From Squalus acanthias (taxonomy: Eukaryota), in NCBI GenBank assembly GCA_030390025.1, contig CM059432.1:30444001-30508000 (forward strand): a stretch of DNA of 64,000 nucleotides, read 5' to 3'. The position numbers and the translations under genes are program-made. The notes under the pieces were generated by a model. It saw only the letters and a program-made list of their open reading frames with translations, ran no database searches and was not told the DNA's origin. This document shows positions 13,507 to 27,697 of the stretch, piece after piece; position 1 is the stretch's first letter, and the number at the start of each line of letters is the position of its first letter.

Positions 13507-15503
13507 CTAATTATGCTTTATCTTCCTCTTATGCATGCTTCTACGTGGTGCTTCCCCTGTGGTTTCAGCAGATTTGGAGACACATTGCTCACTTTCATGC
13601 TGCGCCTGCTTCGATACCTTTGGCGGGCGTCCTCTGGGTTTGTGAGCCTGTGAGGGCTCAGCAACAGTCTGCTCCTCCTGCGTCTGTGCAGGGGCTGAGT
13701 CACCCATCTCAGTTGGGTGAGGAATCTGGTGGGGCTCTGACTGAGGGCTACTCAGTGGCATGGGAGTGTGAGCACTTGGAGAGGTACCCCTACTTCCTTG
13801 CTGCCTGCCACCAACATCCCTCTCATGGGTCAGCCCCACTACAGTGCTAGCAAGTGGCTTGACAGCACCTTGCTGCACATCAGGGGGGCCATAAGGACCC
13901 ATAGCTGTACTGGCAGTCCTACTCCAAAGGACTTCCATTAAGCTCTGGTTTCTCTGCTCAATAGCTGCCCATCGCTCCTCCAGAGATGTCAGTCTATTCT
14001 GAACATTCACCATGTTTTCCAGACTCTGGCGACTTATTTCCTCCATGGCCGTAACCATTCTCTCCTCTACCGTAGCCACCTTTTCAGAGAGGTAGCCATC
14101 CTTACCATGGAGGTAGCCATAATTTCCACGGATGTTGCCATCCTTTCCGCAGTGATGCGTTCATGCGCCAATGCCTCCACAAAGGCTCTGCTTATATTTG
14201 TGGTGGACTCCTCCATTTGCTCCAGCAACCCTGGAGACAAAACCTGCCAGAGATTCCTGCACTTGTTATTGGAGTTCCAGCACCGCTCTCCTTCTGGATG
14301 GACCCGGAGGCACAGGGTCGACATGCAGCTGAGCCGAGCTGGCAGAGTCCTGCGCCCTCCGACGAGGACACTCCACTGCTGTCCCTGTCTCCACCATCTG
14401 CTGATGCTCACTTGTGAGCTGTGATACACCAGGTGACAACACTACTCTATCTCGCAAAGGTCCCACCGAGGTGTGAGTGTCTGCGCTGGTGCTGGGTGTG
14501 CTGAATTCTGCTGATGCTGCGCCCTCAGAGGTTGCAGCTTCCTCTGAGGAGCCTGGAAGCTTCCTCCTGGACAGTGGGGACGGGGGCTTTGGATGGTCCT
14601 GTGGGGAAGTAAAGGAAAGAGTTAGAGATGTGAGGTCAAGGTTACATGCACATTGAATAGTGCAGGTGACCATAAGTCAATCTGTTAGAGTATCAAATTC
14701 ATTATCAGTGACTCATGCAATGTCAATGAGAGAGATGCCAAACTATTCTGTCACCAGCTTGCTGTGATGCGCCTGTCTGTCCATCCCCCACTTGGGTATC
14801 GTCCTCGATCCCAGCAATTTCCAGGGCCACCTCCTCCCAGGGGGTGAGCTGGGCTACTGAGGGCGGCCGTCGTCCTTTCATAGCTCTTTCCCTCTTATTG
14901 TGGGCTCTGTTTTCCTGCAATGAGGGACACAAGTGGAGTTTGAGTGAGAATGAAGAAGTGAGTGTAGAGAACCCATAGCATAGATGCTTAGAAGGAGACA
15001 GAGGACCCTCCCTGTGTGTTGTAAGTTGTTGTTGTCATTGCATCACAGTGATAGGGAGTGTGAGGGCTGCATGGTCGAATAGTTAAGTGAATGTGGCCAT
15101 AGAGAGAGAGGGAATGGGTAATGGTGCAGGGATGTAAGTGTCAAGTGGGATGTGGGGGAAGAGGTTGGCAAAGCAGAGTGCTGGTGAGGAGAGGCGATGG
15201 GGATCAGATTGAGAGTGATGGGAAAGTCATACTCACTTTTCCTGTGCGGAGTAGGTCATGAAACCTCTTCCTGCATTGCAGCCAGGTTCCGCGGCTCATT
15301 GAAATGGAGTTCATCTCCTCGGCCACTTGCAACCACACAGCTTTTGTCTGCTGGGGTGGCTTTTTTCTTCCTAAGGAAGGGAGCAGCACCCCCTTATTAC
15401 ATGTGGCTCCGTGCACCAGAGCTTGGAGGGAGGGCTCATCAAACTGAGGTTCACACTTTTGCTTGATTGTGGACATTGTCGGGAAATCAACTCCTTCATA
15501 CAA
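13507..15503 (-). pseudogene. Harbinger Myb/SANT-like gene, 3 exons (15476-15237, 14914-14755, 14598-13507)
   Basis: Exon 1 ends W..VAEEMN...RGTWLQCRKRFHDLLRTGK|GTGAGT; exon 2 acceptor TTGCAG|GAAAAC and donor G|GTGAC; exon 3 acceptor CCCCACAG; exon 3 is frameshifted and ends in a basic tail. Confidence 0.9.
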
Positions 15504-16189
15504 TTTGCAAAGCGTTTGCAGTCTCCAGAAGAAGCAAGGCTGCTTGCATTGATGACGTCATTGGAGGCGACTTTCTGTATGAAAAGATTCAATGGGCCAG
15601 GGGTTCCCACATGCAGGAAATCAATTGCCCAATTAGGGGAAAATCCCACTTTTTCAACACTTCACTTAGGAGTCGGGGTCCTGACACGATTTCCACCTGA
15701 CACGCCCCAGCCCGCCCACACTGGCAAAATCCAGCCCAAAGTCTAACATCTACAGACCTAACTCCCAGTGCTGCCTGTATCCTGGCCATCCTTGTGGTGA
15801 TGGCCACACTGTTTACTGTCTCCCAACACATGGGGTACTCCACCCAGCAGCAGGAGAAAGCCAGGAAGGCTAATTTTGGGATTGATGATGTGACCTCAGC
15901 AGTTCAGTACGGGCAAGGACTTCAGTTTGAGACCAGAATCACTTTCTTGGCAGCTGCAGATTCCCTTCACAGCACTGAAGAGTCTGGGAATGGATCAAAA
16001 GAGGTTAGGGAATTGTGCTATTTTAAGAGGAGCTATGGAGGCCTATTAGATAAAAGCATATAATTCAATGCGCCAAACCAGTATCCTATTTCTTACCAAT
16101 TATATAATATTCTAGATCCATACGAAAGACATGGGGAAAAATCCATGATTGCATATAAAATGTTTCCCAATTATCCACATGCTCAGTAT

Positions 16190-16870
16190 AATAATTATAA
16201 GCATTTCACTGCCAAGTTTTCTCTAGAGAAAGCCGTACATTCTCTGCAAAATATATTAGTTCAAGAGTCTTCTGGTCTGTTTAAATTGAACGATTGATGG
16301 ATTAGGCTGTGGTACAGGCAAGCCAACTTTATTTATCCACAGAAATCATAATGCAAGTATGGCTCCCAAGCCAAAACACAGAGATTTTTTTTGGCATGAT
16401 ATTTACCCATTTGTCAGGATTCAGTTAGAGCTAAAGATTATGCGCAGAATTATTTTCTAATTTGGAACTTATATCCGAAATGTTACCTTTTCATCTTTTA
16501 CTGACTTTGTCATGCCATTCACTTCTGAGGGTGGTGTGGAAGGTTTTGATGCACTGTTACAAACAGGTGACATGACGTTACCAATATGGTACCATTATGC
16601 TATGCCGTTCGTTTACATACCAGAAATGGATACTGAAAACATGTGCATTCCCAATCTACGATGTTGCATCTTTTTGGACAAAAACTCATGGACTGGGAGT
16701 GCACAGTTTTGCGATACGCAGTCCTGTTGTGTGCTAAGGAGGAGCAGAGTGGAATTATTATCCCATGTCAGAAAGTACCAACATATCCTGAAAATGTTGT
16801 CATACTAGATGAGCAACATGGCATGAGATTCTACTATTCTGGGTTCTAATATAAAATTAATGGATGGAAA
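16190..16870 (+). pseudogene. possible relic of an env-like or other foreign coding sequence
   Basis: Protein-like overlapping ORFs (TGDMTLPIWYHYAMP...IPNLRCC...; IPCQKVPTYPENVVILD) with no splice signals; resemblance is from memory only. Confidence 0.25.
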
Positions 16871-17221
16871 ATCATGTGGGGTGCGCCAGTCTCCATGCCC
16901 ACGTTCCCGGTATGCGCCCCCGTTGTGCGAAGCCAGTCTGAGTCAGTTCTGCATATGGAGAAGATCCCAGTCCTGGAACCTGACTCCTGATTACTTTGAC
17001 CTGTCTCCCAATAATCAACTTGGATGATAACACCCTTTGATTTATTTTTTTGCCTTAATGATTAGGCACCTTGATTATCAGAGCTGCCATTATATGCATA
17101 TCCCCTTTATCTGCCACAATCTGCAGAGAAATCAGGGCTGCCAGAATTTTCACAGGAATTGGGGATTTGGCTCAGGGGACCAGTTGGAGTCAGGGCTGTC
17201 AGAGCTAGCAACCCAGTGTTA

Positions 17222-17605
17222 AAGAGAAAGAACTTGCAATTATATAGCACCTTTCACGGACAGCCTAAAGTGTTTTACAGCCAATTGAGTACTTTTGAAG
17301 TGTAGTTTGTAATGTAGGAAATGCGGCATTCAATTTGCACACAGTAAAGTTCCACAAACAGCAATGTGATAATGATCAGATAACCTTTTAGTTGTGTTGG
17401 TTGAGGGATAAATATTGACCAGGACATCAGGAAGAACTCCCCTGCTCTACTTCAAATACTGCCATGGAATCTTTTACGTTCACCTGAGAGGTGCAGACGG
17501 GGCCTCAGTTTAACATCTCATCTGAAAGACTGCACCTCTGACAGTGCAGCACTTCCTCAGTACTGCACCGAAGTGTCAGCCTGGATTATGTACTTAAATC
17601 TCTAT
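17222..17605 (-). mobile_element. DeuSINE (SacSINE1-like)
   Basis: Deu-domain reverse complement GAACTCCCCTGCTCT...GCCATGGAATCTTTTACGTTCACCTGAGAG; L2-type tail AAAGAACTTGCA.TTATATAGCACC. Confidence 0.88.
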
Positions 17606-18894
17606 CACTGCATTCATATTTTTATGAGTACAATGGCTTCTGCTTAGAAGATTATTGCATCCAGTGGGGAGCTCACAAAAGATTAAAAAAGACTGCTAGA
17701 TCTCCCTCTTAAGAAGCAGCCTGTACTTTATATAATTCTTGACAGAACACCACGAATGCTGTTTTAATCCTTTAGTGGTTCACCATCTGCCAACAGTATT
17801 CAGAAATCAACATGGCATTTTTTCTGCTGTCATTTCTGGAGTGGAACCATTCAAAAAGATTGATTTCCTTGCTGATTGTATCTCTCATCCATATATTGGC
17901 TCTGATTGCGTTTAGTTTCTCCTGAAACAAAGCTAGATCTGAGGAATGCTGGTTGTCTGTAAGAGTGGATGAATGCTCAACATATTACATGACATTCCTC
18001 TGCCTGCAATCTTAGCAGATGCACTAATCCATCTTAAATAAACAGATTAACACCTGCATTCAAATAGTGGAGTCAGAAATGTAATCCGAACCTCTGAATT
18101 GCTTATTCACTAATAGTTAGACACAAGTTCTCTGAGGTTTCTGCTCAATGCCTTAGTTTTGGTGGATCTGTTCCAAATCAATGCTCAACTTTTTATGCAG
18201 GGTTGGAAGCTGCTCAGGAGAGCATTGGAATAGTTGAGTGTTGGATCAGTGGTTCAGTAGCAGATGGGCTGAAGCAGGGGCAGAGATGGGCGATGTTAGA
18301 GAGCTGTAAGCAGGCAGTCTTTGCGATGGTGATCTATCTTTCTTTCTTTCTTTCGTTCTCATGGTCTACCCTCCAAGAGGTCCTTCCACCAACAATTGAG
18401 GCCAGCTAGAAAATCATTAAGGGTAAAAATCTTTCTTCCCCATCCAAACTATTTCAGTCTTCTTACACATCTAATTCCCATAATCCACCCACCATCAAGC
18501 ATGAAATGATACCAGACAGCTCCCTTTTCCCCCATTTGTTAGGCACGTCACTCTGTATACACATTCATATTAGTCTGTGCATCAATCAGTTGCAATCAGT
18601 CTGCCAAAAATGCTTCCAGAAAATGGACCATATGATTCTTGTTTGGGGTCATTTTTTCATCCAAACTATATGCAGATATTTCAGTGCCAATCCTCATTGT
18701 TTAAAAAGCTGACTCACTCATTTAATTTTATTTTTGTGGCACATGTAGCAGAGTGAAGTTGGGCTCATTTCAAAATAATGTTAGTATTTTTTATTCTTCT
18801 TCAGAAGATGGTGATGGATGCCAAAAGCCCTCCAGTACCCCTCCCAAGTGGTTCATCTGAATCTGAGATCCTATTGAGGGATTGTTGGCAGGTT

Positions 18895-19222
18895 ATAGAA
18901 CATAGAATCTTGCAGCACAGACGGAAGCCATTTGGCCCATCCTGCCGGTGCCAGCTTTTTCAAAGAGCTATCCAATTATTCCTACTCTCCAGCTCTTTCC
19001 CCATAGAACTGCAACAGTTTTTCTTTTCCAGCATATATCCAATTCCCTTTTGAAAGTTATTATTGAATCTGCTTCCACCACCCTTTCAAGCAGCGCATTC
19101 CAGATCATAACAATTCGCTGCGTAAATAAACTCTCCTCATCTACCCTCTGGTTCTTTTGCCAGTTATCTCAAGTCTGTGTCTTCTTGTTACCGACCCACC
19201 CGCCAGTGGAAACAATTTCTCC
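18895..19222 (-). mobile_element. CR1 3' terminal fragment
   Basis: CATAGAATC...GGCCCATC tail and the reverse-complement WNAL/GYGE region. Confidence 0.8.
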
Positions 19223-21838
19223 TAACAATGGACGAGCATCATCGGAGAGCTTTACAAAGGGAAAGCAAGTCAGCCATTGTTCTTGCGCTTGATGGCTATC
19301 TAATGACTCCTGCTGGAAAATAGAAGACAGGATCGGGCTGGGTTGTGTTGCCCTCAACAACTATGAAGTTTTCTAACACTCACTACACAGGTTTACATAT
19401 GGAAGATGGCCATATGGATGATCTGCCAGAGGGCTGCTGATTATTTGCAGAACCACACCTCAGTTTGAGTCACCACACCGAAAAAGCGAACTTTTTTTAT
19501 TCATTTATTTATTCATTTTTTTGGTCAGGAAAATGTTATGGTCAAACAAATACAGTATCTGAATGAGTACAAACTCCCAGTAGCCAAATGGCCAACATAT
19601 AATTTTGGAACAAGCTTAGAACATGGAGCATAACAAGGCTTGAAATGAGGAAAGGTCACTTGACCTATCAAACTTCCCATTCTACAAACTACATGGAATC
19701 TATCCTATCAGAGAATCGACTTCACTATTTCCTCTCCTGAAGGAAAGCTCAGTGTAGATTAGCTGAAAAGATACCTTTTAACAAAAATGTTTATTAGAAT
19801 ATGGATTGCTTTACCACAATGGCTATTGACGCTGAATCAATTATGACATTATGGAGGGAATTAGATAAAGACTTAGGGGTAGAATTTCCATGGATGTTCC
19901 CCCATCTTCAGTTTACACCGTTTCTCTGTGGTTTCCACCAATCTTTTGCCGAAGCTACAACAGATAATCGGAGAACCTATCCAGAAATTACTGACATTGA
20001 AAAATAAATTATTAAAGAGGAAGACCGGGGAATGGGATTATGGTAGATATCTCTGACATAGGAATAACACTGGTGCATGCATGATGGGCTGAATGGCCTT
20101 CTGTGTTGAAATGTCTGTGATCCCGTGATTGTATGAAATAGCCAATCAAACAGCTCCCCAATCAAAAAAGCCCCATACGGTTCATCCATCCTTGCATCTT
20201 TACAATTGAGCCCTGGCCTGCTATCCTCCATAGATAAAACACCTACCCTCTACCAACCCTCTCCAACCCCACTCCCTGCACCACTACCACTCTTCCAATA
20301 TGCTCAGAGAAGCGTAAATTGGAACTCAGCCTGCCCAAAAATGCAGTGAACAATGCCATTTAAGGCACTACTATGAGGATAGTACTGTGCTCATAGTGGT
20401 GCCTGTTCTAAAGTCTGGAGGCATACAGAAAGCTGCTGCTCATTACATGGCGCATTAGCAATTTCAACAGCCTAAATGAAATATTCCCCACCATTAACTT
20501 AGCAGCCAGCAGATGAATTATAGCCCTCAGAAGTTTGGTGAAGATAAAATTTCAGGCAATTTTCAACAAGCGGAGGCAGAATTGGCCAGCTATGTGCACA
20601 ATAAAAACAACATTTGCCAGATAATTCCAACAAGAGCAGATGGAAATTATCTGAAGATACACGGAAAGAAAGCAGAGAAATATAGGAGTGAAATGTCGGC
20701 TCCTGAAGGTATGGTTGTGTTTCAGCATCAATCAGGATCAATGCCATAGTTCTGCTTCTCTGAAGACTCGTGGTCATGAACATTTCCCTGGTGCATGAAC
20801 ATTTATCTAATCGCGATCATAATATGATCGAGTTCAATGTAGTGTTTGAACGGGAGAAAGCGCGAAACAGCTACTAAGATTCTAGATTTAGGTAAGGCTG
20901 ACTTCAATGCAATGAGGCAGAGACTGTCCACTGTAAACTGGGTAAATCTGTTACTGGGTAAAACAACAGAAGATCAGTGGAAGGTGTTCAGAAAAGGATT
21001 TAATGCGATACAGAACCAATTTATACCCCGACGAGGCAAGACCTCTACTTGCCAAAAAAACCAGCCATGGACGACTGAGAGGTAAGGGACAACATAAAAC
21101 TAAAAGAAAAAGCATACAAAAATGCAAAAACTAGCACAGATCCTAGCAACTGGGACAGATACAAAGAACAACAAAAGGTGAGAAAACAGATAGCAAGAGC
21201 TACAAAAAGGGATTATGAAAAGAAACATGCAATGGATATCAAAATCAACACAATTTTTTTTACAATTGTATTAGGGAAAAGAGGGTGGTCAGGAGCAATG
21301 TGGGCCCCTTGAAAACTAATAACAGTGATATTGTCAATGAAAATAAGGAAGTGGCGGCATGTTGAATAATTAATTTCTGTCAGTATTTATAGTAGAGGAA
21401 GAGGATAGCATGCCGGACATGCAAAGAAAACTAATATTGAATCAGGGATGGGGACTCCCCAAAAATTACCGTTAGCAAAATAACAGCAATGAAGAAAATA
21501 ATAACACTAAAGAGTGACAAATTCCCAGGACCAGATGGTTTTCATGCCAGGGTATTAAAGGAAGTAGGTGAGAACATTGCAGATGCCCTAACTTTAATCT
21601 TCCAAAGTTCTCTCGATTCAGGAACTATTCCTTTAGATTGGAAAATTGTGTTTGTCACTCCGCTATTTAAGAATGGTGAGAGAGGGAAACCAGGGAATTA
21701 TAGACCAGTTAGCCTCACATCTATTGTCGGGAAATTACTAGAGTCTATAATTAAGGATGGAGTGACTGAACACCTTGAAAATTTTCAGCTGATCAGAGAG
21801 AGCCAGCATGGATTTGTAAAGGGTAGGTCATGCCTGAA

Positions 21839-24800
21839 CCAAATAACTAGGGCAGTAGACAGGGCTTTAAACTAATGAAGGGGGGAGGGGGTGGGAGGAT
21901 TCAGGAAAGAGTAAATTTAAAAGCAGTAAGAGAAATGTCAAGGCTCTAGAGCAGAGTAGAGTTTTGGGTAAAAATAAGCAGAGTGCGTCAGGAAGGGACA
22001 GAGAGAGTACAAACGTAATAAGGCATCAGTGACTAAGGTGACATCAGGGAAAAATAGAAATAAGTCAAAGCTAAAGGCACTATATCTGAATGCGTGAAGC
22101 ATTCGCAACAAAATAGATGAATTAATAGCGCAGATAGAAATTAATAGGTTTGATCTAATAGCCATAACGGAGACGTGGTTGCAAAGTGGCCAAGATTGGG
22201 AACTACTGTAAATATTCCAGGATACTTAACGTTTAGAAGAGATAGGCAAAATGGAAAAGGAGGAGGGGTAGCCCTGATAATAAAGGATGGGATAAAGACA
22301 GTAGAGAGAAAGGATCTTTGCTCCGAAAATCAAGAAATAGAATCAGTTTGGGTGGAGCTAAGAACCAGCAAGGGGCAGAAAACATTGGTGGGAGTTGTTT
22401 ATAGTAGTTGTAATGTAGGGCAGAGTATAAATCAGGAAATTAGAGGCGCATGTAAGGGTAATACATTAATCATGGGGGACTTTAATCTGCATATAGACTG
22501 GGCAAACCAAATTTGCAGTAATAGTGTGGAGGACGAATTCATGGAATATATGCAAGATAGTTTTCTAGAACAGTATGTTGAGGAATCAACTAGGGAACAG
22601 GTTATTTTAGATCTTGTATTGTGCAATGAGAAAGGGTTCATCAATAACCTTGTAGTAAAGAGTCCTTTAGGGAAGAGTGACCATAAATGCTAGAATTTTA
22701 TATTGAGTTTGAAAGTGATTTAGTTAAATCCAAAACTAGGATCTTAAATCTAAACAAAGCAAACTACATAGGTATGAGGGGTGAGTTGGCTAAGGTAGAT
22801 TGGGAAACTACAGGTATGATGCTAGACAAGCAATGGCTAGCATTTATAGAATGAATACATAAGTTACAACAAATATACATTCCTTTAAGGCACAAAAACC
22901 CTACAGGAAAAGTGGTCCAACCGTGGCTAACAAGGGAAATTAAAGATAGTATTAGATCAAAGGAAGAGGCTTATAATGTTGCCAAAAAGAGTAGTAAGCC
23001 TGAGGATTGGGAGGATTTTAGAGTTCAGCAAAGGAGGACCAAGAAATTGATAAAGAAAGGGAAAATAGAATATGAGAGTAAACTAGCGAGAGACATAAAA
23101 ACAGACTGTAAAAGCTTCTTTAGGTATGTAAAAAGGAAAAGATTAGTGAAAGTAAATGTGGGTCCCTTACAGGCTGAGACAGGGGAAATTATAATGGGGG
23201 ATAAGGAAATGGCAGTGAAATTAAACAAATACTTTGGCCGTGATTTTCTCAGCGGTGTCGGGGCGAGTCAGCTGGTTTCTGGGTTCCAGTCCCACCCCCA
23301 GCTGCCTCCGCTCTCTAGATATGATTTTCCCTTGATTGGCCTTGTTAAGCCCATTGGCCAATTAACAGGAAGCGGGTCTGATGACGTCATTTGATGACGC
23401 GTCATCTGCCGGTTTCCTTAAAGGGACCATGCACAATTTAATTTTGACAGTTGATTTCTCAGTGTTTGACAGCATTGAGGTGCTGAAAACACTGACAATC
23501 ACTGCACAAAGGTGAACTCTTGCACCCAGGCTCTCCAATGACTCCCTCCATATGCTTATGGAGGGAGTCACAGTAGGCAGGGAGGTTCTCTTCCCTTCCA
23601 AGGGCAGAAGAGACCTCCCCAGGACACCAACTTACCTTGCACCTCCACCCAACCCTCTCTATCTACTTTATCACTTCCCCATCTCACTAGCCACCCCTCA
23701 CACTCACCCTCATTCTACTGCAAGCATACCAACTAACAACACACAAGGGTGGACACTTGAGAGGTTTAGCCAATGTCCATGTGAAGTTTCTGGTAATGTG
23801 TTGTCATACAGTGAAATCTCTTTTTCAAAAAGTGCCCCTTATTGGACAGATCTGAGTGTACATTGAGAAGTGTCTTACTGAGTTCCTGTGATTGTTCAGT
23901 CATAACTCCACCCGCCCCCCCCCACCCCTCCACCCCGCTATAGTGATGTGAGTGCATGGAATGGCTTGGACATTAAAGGGATGCTTCACGGTGCTGGTGT
24001 GGGATGGTGTCAACCTGGCGCATCATGTCGCAGCCAGGGTTTACAGCATCAAGTGAAGAAAGTCTGGTGATGGTGATGCCATTGCTGGCTTTCAGCCAGC
24101 AATTTTGTCAGGGGCTGTGTCCAGTGCGGCATCAGGTGATGGCGGCGAAGGTTGGTGATGAGGTTGGTGATGTTGCTGTTTGGGATAATCGTGGAAGGAT
24201 TCGGAGGACCAAGGTCTGATTGTTTCATTGGCTCCGATGTTGCTGAAATAGATGGCAGCTGCAGGTGAGATGACAGAAGCGATCTGTCACTGGTGAGAGA
24301 GGTTCTCCCAAAGAGGTGGCACTGGACATACAGTTAGATTTAAAAACTTGTAAGCTAAAGAAATCTGTATATGTATTAAAAATGCAGTAACCAACATTTT
24401 CTTTGCTCTGAAACTCACCATGTGCAACATGGCATCCTTGACACCACTTCTGCAGCTGTCATCTTTTCACAAATATCAGACCAGACTCACAACACACCAT
24501 ACTTACCTGGCGTGTTGTCCGGATGTCGTAAAACCCGACCCAGAAGCTGGAAAATCGAAAAAGACCCTGAAAATTGCTCACAAGTACCTGTTAATAGGCA
24601 GTTAATTGCCTTTAATCCGTTTCCAGCCGCTAGGTGTCGGGTCCATTCGCAAATCGGGGACCCGATGCTTGGGAAGGTTGTGTGGAGGCGGGTTGATAGC
24701 GGGTGCGGAAGCTGCTGTCAATCAAAACGACTTTAACCTCTGACCCGCCTCCAAACCCACCCTCTAAGCGTTGGCAAAATCATGGCCTTTGAGTCTGTCT

Positions 24801-26500
24801 TCATAGAAGAAGACGCAAAAAACTTCTCAGAAATAGTGGAGAACCAAGGGTCTAGCGAAAATGAGGAACTGAAAGAAATTAGTATTTGTAAAAAAAATAG
24901 TACTGGAAAATTAATGGGACTGTAAGCTGATAAATCCCCCGGACCTGATGGCCTACATCCTGGGGTTTGAAAGAGGTGACTATAGAGATAGTGGATGCAT
25001 TGGTTGTCATTTTTCAAAATTCCATAGATTCTAGACTGGTTCCTGCGGATTGGAAGTTAGCAAATGTAACCCCACTATTTAAGAAAGGAGAGAGAGAGAA
25101 AATGGGGAACTACAGACCAGTTAGCCTGACATCAGTAGTAGGGAAAATGCTAGAATCTATTATTAAGGATGTGGTAACAGGGCACTACAAAAGTAATAAT
25201 AGGATTGGGCAGAATCAACACGGATTTATGAAAGGGAAATTGTGTTTGACAAATCTGTTAGAGTTTTTTGATGTTTAAACTAGTAGAATAGATAAGGGGG
25301 AACCAGTGGATGTGGTGTATTTGGATTTTCAGAAGGCATTCGATAAGGTGCCACACAAGAGGTTATTAAACAAAATTAGGGCTCATGGGATTGGGGGTAA
25401 TATACTCGCATGGATTGAGGATTGATTAACGGACAGAAAACAGAGAGTAGGAATAAACGGGTCATTTTTGGGTTGGCAGGCTGTAACTAGTGGGGTACCG
25501 CAAGGATCAGTGCTTGGGCCTCAGCTATTCACAATCTAGATCAATGATTTGGATGAGGGGACCAAATGTAATATATCCAAGTTTGCTGATGATACAAAGC
25601 TAGGTGGGAATGTAAGTTGTGAGGAGAATGCAAAGAGGCTTCAAGGGGATATAGACAGACTAAGTGAATGGGCAAGAACATGGCAAATGGAATATAATGT
25701 AGAGAAATATGAAGTTATCCACTTTGGTAGGAAAAATAGAAAAGCAGAGTATTTTTTAAATGGTGAGAGATTGGGAAATGTTGGTGTTCAGAGGGACCTG
25801 GGTGTCCTTGTACACAAATCAATGAAAGTTAACATGCAGGTACAGCAAGCAATTAGGAAAGCAAATGTATGTTGGCCTTTAGAACAAAAGGATTTGAGTA
25901 TAAGAGTATTACTGTAATTATATAGGCCCTGGTGAGACCACACCTGGAGTATTGTGTACAGTTTAGGTCTCTTTACCTAAGGAAGGATATACTTGGCATA
26001 GAGGGAGTGCAACAAAGGTTCACCAGACTGATTCTTGGGATGGGGGGATTGTCCTATGAGGAGAGATTGAGTAGACTATGTCTATATTCTCTAGAGTTTA
26101 GAAAAATGAGAGATGATCTCATTGAAACATACAAAATTCTTACAGGGCTTGACAGGGTAGATGCAGGGAGGATGTTTCCCCTGGCTAGGGAGTCTAGAAC
26201 CAGGGGTCACAATCTCAGAATAAGGGGTCGGCCATTTAGGACTGAGATGAGGAGAAAGTTCTTTACTTAGAGGGTTGTGAATCTTTGGAATTCTCTACCC
26301 CAGAGGGCCGTGGATGCTCAGTCGTTGAGTATATTCAAGACAGAGATCGATAGATTTTTGAATATTAAGTGAATGAAGCGATATGGGGATAGTGCAGGAA
26401 AGTTGAGATGAGGTAGAAGATCAACCGTGATCTTATTGAATGGTGGAGCAGGCTCGAAGGGCCAAATGGCCTACTCCTGCTCATATTTCTTATGTTCTTA
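21839..26500 (+). mobile_element. CR1 LINE: ORF1 end, decayed APE-RT ORF2 and 3' tail
   Basis: ITRAVDRALN* (ORF1 end); APE motifs (IAITETW, MGDFN, SDH); RT KFADDTK; (CTTATGTT)n tail; many stops and frameshifts. Confidence 0.93.
23236..24787 (-). mobile_element. non-autonomous Harbinger deletion derivative related to Harbinger 2
   Basis: TIRs GGCCGTGATTTT / AAAATCATGGCC with a perfect TTT TSD inside CR1 ORF2; right end matches the Harbinger 2 left end; retains traces of Myb exon 1 and the transposase 5' region. Confidence 0.9.
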
Positions 26501-26759
26501 CAGGGGACTGTTAATGCATGTTATTTATATGGACTTCCAGAAATCATTTGATAAAGTCCCTCATAAGAGACTGTTAGCTACAGTTAAAACTCATGGAATT
26601 GAGTGCAAATTATTGACCTGGTTAGGAAATTTGCTGAGCGGCAGGAATCAGAGAATAGGGATAATGGGCAGGTACTCTAATTGGCAGGATGTGACTTGTG
26701 GTGTCCCGCAAGAATTTGTGTTGGGGCCTCAACTATTCACTGTATTTATTAATGACACT

Positions 26760-27230
26760 GGGGGGAATTTTTCGGGGAGTCGGCGGGCACATTTCGTGGC
26801 GGGTTGGGTGGGAAAATGTTTTTTTTGATAGTAGGTAGGGAACCCGCTGTTAACCCGCCTCCACACTAATCGCTCAGATGTCGGGTCTGTCATTACTGAA
26901 CAGACCCGACACCAAGCGGCAGGGGAGGCAATTTAGATTATTTATAGCTTGAAAACAAACACTTAAAAACTATTTTAAGGTCACCTTTAGATTTTAAGAG
27001 TTCGTCCACGGCTTCCCTGATGCTCGGGGATCACGTCAGGTAAGGAGTTCGGGAGTTGTGTCAGCATGGGTTGATTGCTTAACTTGACAGCTGCAAATCC
27101 TCTATAAAAGTTCTCATTTCATAGCTGTTCACTTTCCAAGGTTAGAAGCTGTTGCTTACTGCCTTTGGAAGACAGACTGAGCTTTATGGAGTTTGCTAAT
27201 GTTTGGCGCAAACTCTGTATCTCTTGATCT
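26760..27230. mobile_element. Harbinger-type terminal fragment
   Basis: Starts GGGGGGAATTTTTC, has GGCGGG/CCCGCC subterminal repeats and TATAAAA; no right TIR found. Confidence 0.6.
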
Positions 27231-27697
27231 CTGTATCTCTCCTTTGGTGCTGTACAATTCAATGATTCTGTTGGACCCATTGTATATTTCTAGCATATGT
27301 GCTTATTTTCTTTGATCTCTATGTATGGTTAGTAGTCTCATTCGGACCTAACTCCAGAGTCAAGTACTCTATTTATTTTTCAGCAAGTGCCTTTAAGATG
27401 GATTAATCCTCAAATCAGTTAAAACCACCGACTTGTTTTTATAGAGGTGCCAAGATGCAGATAGCGCAGATATCAATTTGATAAAAGTATGCTTGAGGTA
27501 CAGCTTCATCTGTCTCTCACCACATTGGGCTTTAATATGAAGCTTAACCTTAGCATTTAATACAAGTGAAAAATTAATGTCTCACATTTGTTATTAGTAG
27601 AGCAGATACAGACCAGCTAATCATGAAGATGTATCCTAGCTATCAAAGAAAAGATAAAGAAAAATCTGACTATTTAAATCTCGGCACCATACAACAA

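Larger units (their letters stand above)
11496..15737. mobile_element. PIF/Harbinger DNA transposon 2, full length (4.2 kb)
   Basis: TIRs GGCCGCGATTTTGCCAG / CTGGCAAAATCCAGCCC (14/17); transposase on +, Myb/SANT gene on -; TSD not clean (AGT/AAA). Confidence 0.95.
20790..26757 (+). mobile_element. older CR1 ORF2 fragment (20790-21838, resumes 26501-26757) split by a younger CR1
   Basis: KFPGPDGFHARVLKE, NYRPVSLTSIVGK, QHGFVKGRSCL on the left; YMDFQKSFDKVPH and GVPQ on the right. Confidence 0.8.

Noticed and set aside
18798..18891. Plus-strand exon with a good acceptor
   Set aside because: The sequence resembles a decayed SINE-like repeat and has no coding support.
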